From Elusimicrobiota bacterium (GTDB lineage: Bacteria; Elusimicrobiota; Elusimicrobia; UBA1565; UBA9628), in NCBI GenBank assembly GCA_016218575.1, contig JACRDN010000016.1, forward strand, positions 129,306 through 193,305: a stretch of 64,000 nt of DNA, in the 5' to 3' direction. Positions within the stretch are counted from its first letter, which is position 1, and every line of letters begins with the position of its first letter. Position numbers and translations under genes: made by a program. Of the stretch, positions 9,964 through 18,147 are shown piece by piece. The notes beneath the pieces were generated by a model that was not told where the DNA came from, did not search any database, and saw only the letters and a list, made by a program, of their open reading frames with translations.

Positions 9964-10511
9964 CAGCCCTTGTATTGGTACGAGATCAAGGTGAAGCTTA
10001 TCTGCATCTGCCCATCGGGGCCCGGCTCGGCGTAAACCACGTTCTGGACGTTGAATATCCTCTCCTCGAGCGCCAGGCCCGCCAGGAAGCGGCCGATATT
10101 GTGGTACGAGCCGCGCACCGAGATGGGATAGGAAAGCTCGATAAAGAAGGGCTTGTCCGTCTGGCCTCCGGGCGTAAAGCTCAGAAGCGAGACATGATGC
10201 TTGTCCGCCAACCCGCTCAAGGTCACCAGAATGTCGGGCACCGACTTGTTCTTGGGCAAACGCCTCTCCGCCTCCACCGCCTTTTGGCTGAGCTCCACCA
10301 GCTCGGCCTCCAGGCGCGGCAGGCGCGCGGCCTGCCGGGTGGCCTTCTCTATCTTGGCCTCGACCTCCTCGGTCTTCTTCTTGGTATCGGCGATGCGCTG
10401 GGAGACCGGGGACCAGAAGAACATGAAATAGCTGTAGCCGAAGCCCCCCAGGAGGAGAACCCCCAGGGCCGCGTACTTCTGCTGCTCCTTGGTCAGCTTG
10501 ATCTTGGCCAT
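9963..10511 (-). CDS. pilO: Type IV pilus assembly protein PilO
   Basis: N-terminal TM helix, coiled coil, LPKNKSVPDIL, ISVRGSYHNIGRFL. Confidence 0.9.
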   Translation of the reverse strand: MAKIKLTKEQQKYAALGVLLLGGFGYSYFMFFWSPVSQRIADTKKKTEEVEAKIEKATRQAARLPRLEAELVELSQKAVEAERRLPKNKSVPDILVTLSGLADKHHVSLLSFTPGGQTDKPFFIELSYPISVRGSYHNIGRFLAGLALEERIFNVQNVVYAEPGPDGQMQISFTLISYQYKG

Positions 10512-10512
10512 G

Positions 10513-11073
10513 TCAAAGCTGCGGCGTGTAAACCGAAATCAAAGTGAAGGTGTAGACCCGCTCCGCCCCGTCCACGGCGGTCACCGGCCCCATCTCGACT
10601 TGTCCGAACCGCCCGGACTGCTCCAGCTTCTTGATCCAAGCCGCGATATCCTCGTTGCTGCGGGAATCGGCGGACAGAGAAATCTTGAGCGGCCCGGCAG
10701 CGCTTCCCCCTCCCGAGGTGCTCAGGCTTTTCACGCGCACTCCCATGGGCACGCTGCGCACGAAATCCGACATGAAATACGGGTAAAGGGGGCGACCCTT
10801 TAGAAGGTCCGTGATCACGGAGAGCCTCGAGCGCACCGCCCCCGCCGTCTTCTCGAGCTCCTCGACCTTGGCCACGACCACCTCGAGCTTCTTGAGCTGG
10901 GCCTGCTGGGTCGCGGCATGTCTCTCCAGCCTTTTGAGTTTGAACCAATGCGCCACTGAAATGCCCACGACGAGCAGCAGGATGAACCCAGCCCCCACGC
11001 CGGCCTGGATCATCTGCTGTTTCTGCTGAGCCTTGGCCAGGATCTCAGCCGGAACAAGATTGATCTTGATCAT
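10513..11073 (-). CDS. pilN: Type IV pilus assembly protein PilN
   Basis: MIKINLVP PilM-binding motif, TM helix, coiled coil, ferredoxin-like periplasmic domain. Confidence 0.9.
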   Translation of the reverse strand: MIKINLVPAEILAKAQQKQQMIQAGVGAGFILLLVVGISVAHWFKLKRLERHAATQQAQLKKLEVVVAKVEELEKTAGAVRSRLSVITDLLKGRPLYPYFMSDFVRSVPMGVRVKSLSTSGGGSAAGPLKISLSADSRSNEDIAAWIKKLEQSGRFGQVEMGPVTAVDGAERVYTFTLISVYTPQL

Positions 11074-11080
11074 GCTTGTC

Positions 11081-12241
11081 TCACACCCAATCCCGGTTGC
11101 GCCTGAGCGCCAATCCCAGGGCCACGGCGAAATCCGGGGCCAGCTCCTTGGGGAAATCCGCGGGAATCTGCTTCAAGAATGATAGAGGATCAAGCACGCT
11201 CACCGGCACCTTGAGCTCGGCGGTCAAATGCTTGGCGAGGTTCTTGACCTTGGCCGTTCCCCCCATCAGGACGATTCGCCCGATCGAGCGCTCGGCTCCC
11301 TGAGACAGATAAAAATCCACGGACCGATGGACTTCCCCGACCAGATCCTTGACCACGGTGACTATGGTCTGGGAAACGGCGAGCGCCTCCTGCTGGCCCT
11401 GTTCCACGGCCTTCTCCTTTTCCGCCGCCTCCAGGACTATCCCATGCGCCTTCTTAAGCTCCTCGGCCTTCATGAAGTCGTTCTGCATGGCCTTGGTGAT
11501 CGCCTTGGTCAAGGTCGCGCCCGATATGAAAATATCGCGCACCACGCGGGTGACTCCATTCTCGATAATGGAGAGGTTGGTCACCATATGCCCCAGGTTA
11601 AGGTAAAGGGTGGCGCCCATCTCGGATTTGGGGTCGCGCAACCTTTCATAAATGTTCTCGAGGGCGAAGGAATCCACGTCCACGATCGTGGGGAAGAGCC
11701 CCGCGGCCTGGAGAATCTCGAGCCGGGCCGCGATCAAGTCTTTCTTCGCGGCCACGAGGACGGTTTCCATTTTTTTCTGGCCTTCCTCTGTGATCTCGCT
11801 CAGGATGTGGGCGCCTAACTGGACCTCGTTGATGTCGAAAGGAATGAAGGGCTCGGCCTCGGTGGGCAAGGTCGCGGCGAGCTCCGTCTTGGTCAGCCTG
11901 GGAAATTTGACGTAGCGCACGATCACCGAGTTCCCGGAGAGAGTGGTGGCCGCGTCCTTGATCTTGACGCCCTTCTCGACAAGGAAGGCTTTAAGGGAGT
12001 TGATGGTCTGGGCCTTGCGCTCGTCGGCCGTGGCCTCGGGCTTGATGTTGAGGGGGAGGTGCCCCCAGGTCTTGAGGACCGGCCCCGCGCTTTCCTGCTT
12101 GACGTGGGCGATCTTGATGGCGTAATTGCCCATGTCCACGGCCAGGAGATCGGGAGAGCCCATGAGGAACTCCGAGAACCCCTTGGCCTTCTTGAGGGCT
12201 TCTCCCAGAGCTTCCTTTACCTTGTCCAATTTTATAGGCAT
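11081..12241 (-). CDS. pilM: Type IV pilus assembly protein PilM (actin-like)
   Basis: LAVDMGNYAIKI, EAEPFIPF, VLVAAKKD, VDVDSFAL, IVLMGGTAK, FAVALGLALR. Start taken at 12241; ATG at 12163 is an alternative. Confidence 0.93.
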   Translation of the reverse strand: MPIKLDKVKEALGEALKKAKGFSEFLMGSPDLLAVDMGNYAIKIAHVKQESAGPVLKTWGHLPLNIKPEATADERKAQTINSLKAFLVEKGVKIKDAATTLSGNSVIVRYVKFPRLTKTELAATLPTEAEPFIPFDINEVQLGAHILSEITEEGQKKMETVLVAAKKDLIAARLEILQAAGLFPTIVDVDSFALENIYERLRDPKSEMGATLYLNLGHMVTNLSIIENGVTRVVRDIFISGATLTKAITKAMQNDFMKAEELKKAHGIVLEAAEKEKAVEQGQQEALAVSQTIVTVVKDLVGEVHRSVDFYLSQGAERSIGRIVLMGGTAKVKNLAKHLTAELKVPVSVLDPLSFLKQIPADFPKELAPDFAVALGLALRRNRDWV

Positions 12242-12315
12242 AAAAAAAGCCGAAAATCCCCTCCGTTTCAGGGGGGTGTACTCGGCGTTTTTGCCGTCGT
12301 GAAAAGCGACGGCAA
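12242..12315 (-). promoter_or_regulatory. Structured 5' leader of pilM with terminator-like stem and U-tract
   Basis: Hairpin TTGCCGTCG-N7-CGACGGCAA (12291-12315), then a GC-rich stem GCCGA..CCCC..GGGG..TCGGC (12249-12286) followed by T7 on the minus strand. Confidence 0.55.
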
Positions 12316-12320
12316 GTGCA

Positions 12321-12356
12321 TTTATAACAGGTATGGGGAGCTTTGTCAAGACAAAG
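12321..12356 (-). promoter_or_regulatory. Sigma70-type promoter of pil operon with overlapping palindrome
   Basis: Minus strand TTGACA (12349-12344), 17-nt spacer, TATAAA preceded by TGT (12326-12321); inverted repeat CTTTGTC-AA-GACAAAG (12341-12356) covers the -35. Confidence 0.65.
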
Positions 12357-12407
12357 CAGTTACATAATTATTAAGGAAAGGAGACAAGCCAGGATCAATG
12401 ATTTTTG

Positions 12408-12413
12408 TATAAT
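12408..12413 (+). promoter_or_regulatory. -10 element (TATAAT) of inositol operon, leaderless spacing
   Basis: Perfect TATAAT 6 nt before ATG 12420; no Shine-Dalgarno between them. Confidence 0.6.
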
Positions 12414-12419
12414 AGAAAA

Positions 12420-13085
12420 ATGCCTTTTATTTTGTTCGATTTCGGGGGAACCTTGGATGGTCCCGGAACTCCCTGGCTTGAGCGTTTCCACGGCATTTAC
12501 CGCGCCGAAGGCCTGGATTTCGCGCGCGAGCGCTTCAGCCAGGCCTTTTACCGGTCGGATGACGAGCTTGCCTCGCGCTTTTCCCTGCGGGGCTTGAGTC
12601 TCGCCGAGACTTTGGAGCTGCAGGTGCAATGCGTTTTGGAAATTTTAGCTCCCGAAAAAATCGGGCTCAAGAGCCGCCTGGCCGGGCTTTTCCTAGAGGA
12701 GTGCCGACGCCATTTTCGCGGAAATCGCCCCATCCTCGAGCGCTTGAGCCGCCGCCACGGCCTCGGCATAGTTTCGAACTTTTACGGCAACCTTCGAAGC
12801 GTCTTAGATAGCGAGGGACTCCTGTCCTTCTTCCAATGCGTGGCCGATTCCGGGGCGCTCGGGATGGAGAAACCCCAGCCCGGCATATTCTTGGAAGCCC
12901 TCAAGGGCTTGAAGGCCGCCCCCGAGGAAACCTTCATGGTCGGCGATTCCGTGGCCCGGGACATGCGCGGCGCGGAAAACCTGGGCCTCAAACACGTGCT
13001 TCTATCCCCTTCCAAAAAAACCCGCTGCTGCCCGCAAGGCCTGCGCATCGAACGACTGGACGAGCTCGAGGCGGTCCTGCCGTGA
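12420..13085 (+). CDS. HAD-superfamily hydrolase (phosphatase)
   Basis: Motif I variant FDFGGTLD, IVSN, KPQPGIF, MVGDSVARDMRGA. Confidence 0.9.
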   Translation: MPFILFDFGGTLDGPGTPWLERFHGIYRAEGLDFARERFSQAFYRSDDELASRFSLRGLSLAETLELQVQCVLEILAPEKIGLKSRLAGLFLEECRRHFRGNRPILERLSRRHGLGIVSNFYGNLRSVLDSEGLLSFFQCVADSGALGMEKPQPGIFLEALKGLKAAPEETFMVGDSVARDMRGAENLGLKHVLLSPSKKTRCCPQGLRIERLDELEAVLP

Positions 13086-13780
13086 TTCGACACGCGGGCG
13101 TCATAGCGGCCGGAGACGGCCTCCGGCTCCAAGGAGCGATCGGGGCAACGGTCAAGCCCATGGCTCCCGTGGCCGGGGTCCCCTTGGTCCATTGGGTGGT
13201 GCGCTCCCTGCGCGGGGCCGGCATCGAGAGCTTCACGGTCATACTCAATTCCCGGGGAAACGCCGCCAGGGAGAGCCTGGTAAGGGAATTCCCTGCCGTG
13301 TCCTGGACCTTCCTGGTCCAGGACACGGCTTCCTCATGGGAAAGCTTCAGGCTGGTGGCCCAAGCCCTCTCCCAAAAAGCCGACATCTTTCTCATGAGCA
13401 CGGTAGACGCCCTGATGCCTCCCCAAGAGGCCGAGCGCTTCGCCCGGGAGGCTGCGACGAGCCCCGCCCCGGCGGGGCTGGCCCTCACCTCCTTCATGGA
13501 CGACGAGAAGCCGCTTTGGGCGGAGCTGGGGGAAAACGGCCTGGTCTCGGCCTTGGGGCCTTCCTGCCGAAGCCGCTCCCGGGCCACGGCGGGGCTCTAT
13601 TTCTTGACAAAGGCCGTCGCCGACGCCATGCCCGCGGCCGAGCGTCATTCCAAGCTGCGGGACTATTGGCAGTCCCTGCTCGATTCGAAGACTCCCGTGG
13701 CCGGAATCGCCCTGGGAAAGACCTTGGACGTGGATAGGCCTCGGGATCTCGCGGCCGCGGAGCGTTTCGCCACATGGTGA
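13082..13780 (+). CDS. Sugar/inositol-phosphate nucleotidyltransferase (NTP_transferase, IPCT-like)
   Basis: GTG start overlapping upstream TGA; GVIAAGDGLRL...KPMAPVAG; TAGLYF; LDVDRPRDL. Confidence 0.85.
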   Translation: MIRHAGVIAAGDGLRLQGAIGATVKPMAPVAGVPLVHWVVRSLRGAGIESFTVILNSRGNAARESLVREFPAVSWTFLVQDTASSWESFRLVAQALSQKADIFLMSTVDALMPPQEAERFAREAATSPAPAGLALTSFMDDEKPLWAELGENGLVSALGPSCRSRSRATAGLYFLTKAVADAMPAAERHSKLRDYWQSLLDSKTPVAGIALGKTLDVDRPRDLAAAERFATW

Positions 13781-14628
13781 GCGCGCTCGGCATTTTCCGC
13801 GAGCTCCATAACTCCCCCAACCGGGAGAACGACGACGCGGCCATCCTCAAGGCCGTCATGGAGCAGTTGGAGCTCCTGAAAGTCCGGGCCATGGTCCTGG
13901 ATCCCGAGGCCGCGGACCAGCAGGATTTGAAGGCCTGGGACATGCTGGTTCCCATGTGCGAGTCCTATGCCAGACTCATGCGCCTCAAGGCCTTGAAGGG
14001 TTCCGGGGCTCCCGTCATCGTCAACTCTCCAGAAGCGGTGCTGGCCTGCTACAGGACCGAGATGCTGGCGGCCTTCGAGCGCTCGCCCGAGCTCGATTTC
14101 CCGGAAACAGAACTGAGAATAGTGACGGGCGATCGCCCGCAGCCTTTCCCGGCTTTCGGCTCGTCCACGGGGGTATGGGCCAAGCGCGGGGACGTGCACA
14201 ACACCCGCGGCGGCCGCGATGTGGTCTTCGCGAAGTCCTCCCAGGAGCTCGAGGCCGTCCGCAAGGATTTCGCCCGACGCGAGATCACTCACATGCTTCT
14301 GCAAAGGCACGTCGACGGAGACCTGATCAAATTCTACGGGGTCGGGCCCGGCCAGTGGTTCACCTGGTTCTATCATGACCCCGCCTCGGCCCGCAGGCTC
14401 TCCTTCGAGGTGGAGGAGCTGGCCCTCCAGGGAGAGCTCGCCGCGCGAGCCGTGGGGCTCGAGGTTTTCGGCGGCGACGCCATCGTGTCGGCCGCTGGAA
14501 CGATTTGCGTCATTGACATCAACTCCTGGCCGAGCTTCGCCCGCGTGCGGGCCGAGGCCGCGGTGCAGATCGCCAGGCACCTGCGCAAGAAGCTCACGAC
14601 CCTGCGGGTCCCGGGAAGACAACCATGA
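13774..14628 (+). CDS. ATP-grasp protein with ITPK1 (inositol-phosphate kinase)-like motifs
   Basis: IVNSPEAVLACYR, WAKRGDVH, LLQRHVDGDLIKFYGVG, GLEVFGGDAIV...VIDINSWPSF. Confidence 0.8.
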   Translation: MVSALGIFRELHNSPNRENDDAAILKAVMEQLELLKVRAMVLDPEAADQQDLKAWDMLVPMCESYARLMRLKALKGSGAPVIVNSPEAVLACYRTEMLAAFERSPELDFPETELRIVTGDRPQPFPAFGSSTGVWAKRGDVHNTRGGRDVVFAKSSQELEAVRKDFARREITHMLLQRHVDGDLIKFYGVGPGQWFTWFYHDPASARRLSFEVEELALQGELAARAVGLEVFGGDAIVSAAGTICVIDINSWPSFARVRAEAAVQIARHLRKKLTTLRVPGRQP

Positions 14629-15959
14629 ATATCGCGTCAGAATCCAGCGCCGCCGGTCCCAAATCACAGGCTCTATTCGAGGAGGAGCAGGCCTACATCG
14701 CTCCCGGCCTGCAGTCCGTGGCCCTCTATTCGAGAATCGCCCTGGAGGAGGGGCGGGGCGTCTGGCTCACCGACGCGGACGGACGGCGCTACCTGGACTT
14801 CATGGCCGGAATCGGAGTGGCCTCGGTGGGACATGCCCATCCCGAGCACGCCAAAGCCCTGGCAGAGCAGGCCGCTAGGCTCAGCGTGGGCTCCTTCACC
14901 ACTCGGAGGCGCCTGGCCTTCCTCAAGAACCTAGCCTCGGTGACTCCGGCGGGCCTTTCCAGGGTCCAACTCTACTCCTCCGGGGCCGAGGCGGTGGAAG
15001 CGGCCCTGCGCCTAGCCAAGAGCCACACCAAGAATTTCGAGATGATCAGCTTCTGGGGCGGTTTTCACGGCAAGACCGGCGGGGTTATGGGCCTTTTGGG
15101 GGACGGCTTCAAGCACGCCTTGGGGCCCTTGATGCCCGGCCTCTACCTCTCTCCCTATCCCGACCCACGCCGCTGCCCCTTGGGCGCGCCGGAACCCCAT
15201 GACTGCGCGGCCCACTGCCTCGAGTTCCTGCGCGAGATGATCCAGCGCGAGACCTCCCGCTCCATAGCGGCCATTATCCTCGAGCCCATCCAGGGCACGG
15301 CCGGCAACGTGGTTCCTCCTCCGGGATTTTTCAAGGGAGTGCGGGACATCGCGCGCGAGAACGGAGCCCTATTCATCTCTGACGAGATGATCACCGGGTT
15401 CGGCCGCACCGGGAAATGGTTCGGCTGCGAGCACGAGGAGGTCGTCCCCGACATCATGACCGTGGGCAAGGGCATGGCGGGAGGCTTCCCCCTATCGGGA
15501 ATCGTCACGAGCGACTCCATCGCCCAGGCCAAGCCCTTCGCCAACCCGAGCGGCTCCTCATCGAGCTACGGCGGCAACCCCTTGGCCGCGGCCGCGGCCG
15601 ACGCCACCCTCTCAATCATGAAAAGGGAGAACCTGCCGGCCAACGCGCAAAGAGTCGGCGCGGCTCTGTTGGCGCGCCTGGGGGAGCTGCGGAGCCGTTC
15701 GCCCCTCGTGGGCCGGGTGCGCGGGCGGGGGCTCATGATAGGCGTGGATCTGGTCCATCCCAAGACCGGAAAGCCTCTTCCCGGGCCTCTCTGCCGGGAG
15801 CTTTTCAGCGACTGCCTGGACCGTGGCCTTCTCAGCATGTGCTACAGCCCGGCTCTGCGCATCAACCCGCCCCTCACCATCACCGAGGCGGAGGCCCTTC
15901 AGGGAGCCGACATCCTGGAGGACTCCCTAGGCGTCCTGGCGCGAAGGCACGGCATTTAA
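14625..15959 (+). CDS. Class III PLP-dependent aminotransferase
   Basis: DADGRRYLDFMAGI, SSGAEAVEAAL, GFHGKT, LEPIQG, DEMITGFGRTG, PDIMTVGKG (PLP Lys), YGGNP. Confidence 0.92.
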   Translation: MNIASESSAAGPKSQALFEEEQAYIAPGLQSVALYSRIALEEGRGVWLTDADGRRYLDFMAGIGVASVGHAHPEHAKALAEQAARLSVGSFTTRRRLAFLKNLASVTPAGLSRVQLYSSGAEAVEAALRLAKSHTKNFEMISFWGGFHGKTGGVMGLLGDGFKHALGPLMPGLYLSPYPDPRRCPLGAPEPHDCAAHCLEFLREMIQRETSRSIAAIILEPIQGTAGNVVPPPGFFKGVRDIARENGALFISDEMITGFGRTGKWFGCEHEEVVPDIMTVGKGMAGGFPLSGIVTSDSIAQAKPFANPSGSSSSYGGNPLAAAAADATLSIMKRENLPANAQRVGAALLARLGELRSRSPLVGRVRGRGLMIGVDLVHPKTGKPLPGPLCRELFSDCLDRGLLSMCYSPALRINPPLTITEAEALQGADILEDSLGVLARRHGI

Positions 15960-16975
15960 TGAAGAACCGCCTCAAGGGAGCCTTGGCCGGCTTCGGGCAA
16001 GTGGCCCAAAGGGCCCATGCCCCGGCCTTCGCCTCGTCCGAGCATTTCTCCATCGTCGCCGTGGCGGAGGAGAATCCCGCGCGTCTGGAGGCGGCCAAGG
16101 CCTTCTTCCCGCGAGTCCGGCTCTATTCCAGCCTGGAGGTTCTCTTGCGCTCGGAAAGCGAGCTGGATTTCATCTCCATCGCCACCCCCCCCTTCCTGCA
16201 CGCGCCCCAAACCCTGGCGGCCTTGGAGCGGGGCTGTCATGTGCTCTGCGAGAAGCCATTGGCCTTGAGCCGAGAGGAATTGGACGCCATGGAGGAACTC
16301 GCCCGAGCCCGCGGCCGCGTCGTCTTCACCGTCCACAATTGGGCCCATGCCGCCCAGTGGAAGAAAGCCTTGGATTTGATCCAGGCCGGAACCTTGGGCG
16401 AAATACGCCACGCAGAGCTGCACGTCCTGCGCCAGAAGCCGGCCTCGAGCGCGCTGGCGGATTGGAGGCGCGACAGGAGCCTCGCCGGCGGCGGGATACT
16501 CCTCGACCACGGCTGGCACAATCTTTACCTGATCTACCGCCTGCTAGGCTGCCCAGAGGCGCGGCCCAAGGTCAGCGCCAGGTTCTGGCGGGAAAGCCCC
16601 TCCCATGTCGAGGACGAAGCGACCGTGCTCCTGGATTTTCTCGCCTCCTCCGCCCTTCTGCACCTAAGCTGGAGGTCCTTTGCCCGGACCAACTGGGCCG
16701 TGGTTTACGGGACCCGAGGCAGGCTTGAACTCGCGGACAACGAGCTCCGGCTTGAGCTGTCCTCCGGCCATTGCGAAACCTTCCAGTTCCAGGAAAAGCT
16801 CTCCCAGCTTTCGGCCCACCCGAGTTGGATGGCCTCTCTCATCGAGGAATTCCACTCCGAGCTCCTGCAGCCGGGGCCCCGACGCAATCTGGCGGAAGCC
16901 CGTTTTTGCCTGTCCGCCATAGAGGAAGCCTACCGCCAAAGCCCTGAGCCCTGCCCGGCCGGAGCGCCCGCGTGA
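15959..16975 (+). CDS. Gfo/Idh/MocA oxidoreductase (inositol dehydrogenase-like)
   Basis: Start moved to MKNRLKGALAGFGQVA (TAATG overlap); IATPPFLH, HVLCEKPLA, AGGGILLDHGWH. Confidence 0.9.
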   Translation: MKNRLKGALAGFGQVAQRAHAPAFASSEHFSIVAVAEENPARLEAAKAFFPRVRLYSSLEVLLRSESELDFISIATPPFLHAPQTLAALERGCHVLCEKPLALSREELDAMEELARARGRVVFTVHNWAHAAQWKKALDLIQAGTLGEIRHAELHVLRQKPASSALADWRRDRSLAGGGILLDHGWHNLYLIYRLLGCPEARPKVSARFWRESPSHVEDEATVLLDFLASSALLHLSWRSFARTNWAVVYGTRGRLELADNELRLELSSGHCETFQFQEKLSQLSAHPSWMASLIEEFHSELLQPGPRRNLAEARFCLSAIEEAYRQSPEPCPAGAPA

Positions 16976-18147
16976 GCCAAGCTTCCCGGGTCGTCCTGGT
17001 CGTGGCCCATCCCCGGCTCGCTTTCGAGCGTTTGGGAGGGCTCACCATCTTGGAAAGGCAGCTTTTCACCTTGGCGCGCGCCGGGGCCGGAAAGGTTTGG
17101 ATCGCCATGCCCAAGCCAGACGCCGCGGCGCTTTGCGCCCTGCGCCTGCCTCCGGGGCTCGATCTCTCATGGTCCCACCGCTCCGGCCTGGTCCCGGGAG
17201 AGTGCGAGCCGCCGTATCTCACTTTGTCGGGCGACCACCTCCTGCGCCTGGAGGCATTGCGCGGCATCCTCTCGGCCGAATACGCGGCCCATTCCCGAAT
17301 GGTCGACGCCGAGGGCCGGACCGTGGTCCAGGCCGTGCCGTTCCGGTCCGAGACCATTCCTCCCGCCCATGAGGAAAGGCTCTCACAGGGAGCCTTCCTC
17401 CATCTGCGCATCCCAGCCGGGCAGGGGTCGAGCCTCGATTGGCTCATGGCCTCTGGAGGCAAGAGTCAGGACGGCTTCATGGCCCGGAACTTCGACCGGC
17501 ACATATCGCTCGCCTTGTCGCGATTTCTGCTGGACACCCGGGTGACCCCCAACATGATGACGTTGTTTAGCTGCGCCTTGGGGCTCTTCGGCACTGTCTT
17601 CTTCCTAAACCCCAATCATCACGCCATGAGCTTGGCCGGGGCCTGCTTGATATGGCTTCACTCGGTTCTGGACGGCTGCGACGGGGAATTGGCGCGGCTG
17701 AAATTCCTGGAAAGCCCTCTCGGAGCCGACATCGACTTTTGGGGCGACAACCTGGTGCACCTGTCGCTTTTCGGCTGCCTGGCCTGGGGCTTCCACAAAG
17801 CCGACCACAGTCTCCTGCCGCTGATACTGGGAACCTCGGCCTGCCTGGGTGCCCTGGGCTCGGCCCGGCTGGCATACGTTGATAGACGCTCTAAACGGCA
17901 AGCCCCCGCCTTGTCGAGCCCGGTGGGCGGCTCGGCGACGGCCTTGCAGCGCCTCGAGACCATTTTAGCTCAAAGAGACTTCATCTACCTTCTGCTGCTT
18001 CTGGCCTACTTCGACAAGACCTACGAGGTCCTCTGGGCCGGAGCCGTGGGCTCCGTCCTTTTTCTCATCATGATGATGAAACTCAGGAGATCACCGCATG
18101 AACACCCGCAAACACGCCTCGAAATCCCCTCCAAAATCCACAGTTGA
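16972..18147 (+). CDS. CDP-alcohol phosphotransferase with degenerate N-terminal nucleotidyltransferase-like domain (DIPPS/PIP-synthase-like)
   Basis: TPNMMT; complete signature DGCDGELAR-x8-G-x3-D-x3-D; N-terminus LGGLTILERQLFTL resembles an NTP-transferase lacking its Gly-rich loop. Confidence 0.9.
   Translation: MSQASRVVLVVAHPRLAFERLGGLTILERQLFTLARAGAGKVWIAMPKPDAAALCALRLPPGLDLSWSHRSGLVPGECEPPYLTLSGDHLLRLEALRGILSAEYAAHSRMVDAEGRTVVQAVPFRSETIPPAHEERLSQGAFLHLRIPAGQGSSLDWLMASGGKSQDGFMARNFDRHISLALSRFLLDTRVTPNMMTLFSCALGLFGTVFFLNPNHHAMSLAGACLIWLHSVLDGCDGELARLKFLESPLGADIDFWGDNLVHLSLFGCLAWGFHKADHSLLPLILGTSACLGALGSARLAYVDRRSKRQAPALSSPVGGSATALQRLETILAQRDFIYLLLLLAYFDKTYEVLWAGAVGSVLFLIMMMKLRRSPHEHPQTRLEIPSKIHS

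Noticed and set aside
12242..12320. c-di-GMP-I riboswitch call for the pilM leader
   Set aside because: GGCAAA and GAAA are present, but not the P1/P2 arrangement or the GACGCAAAG junction, so it is left as an unclassified structured leader.
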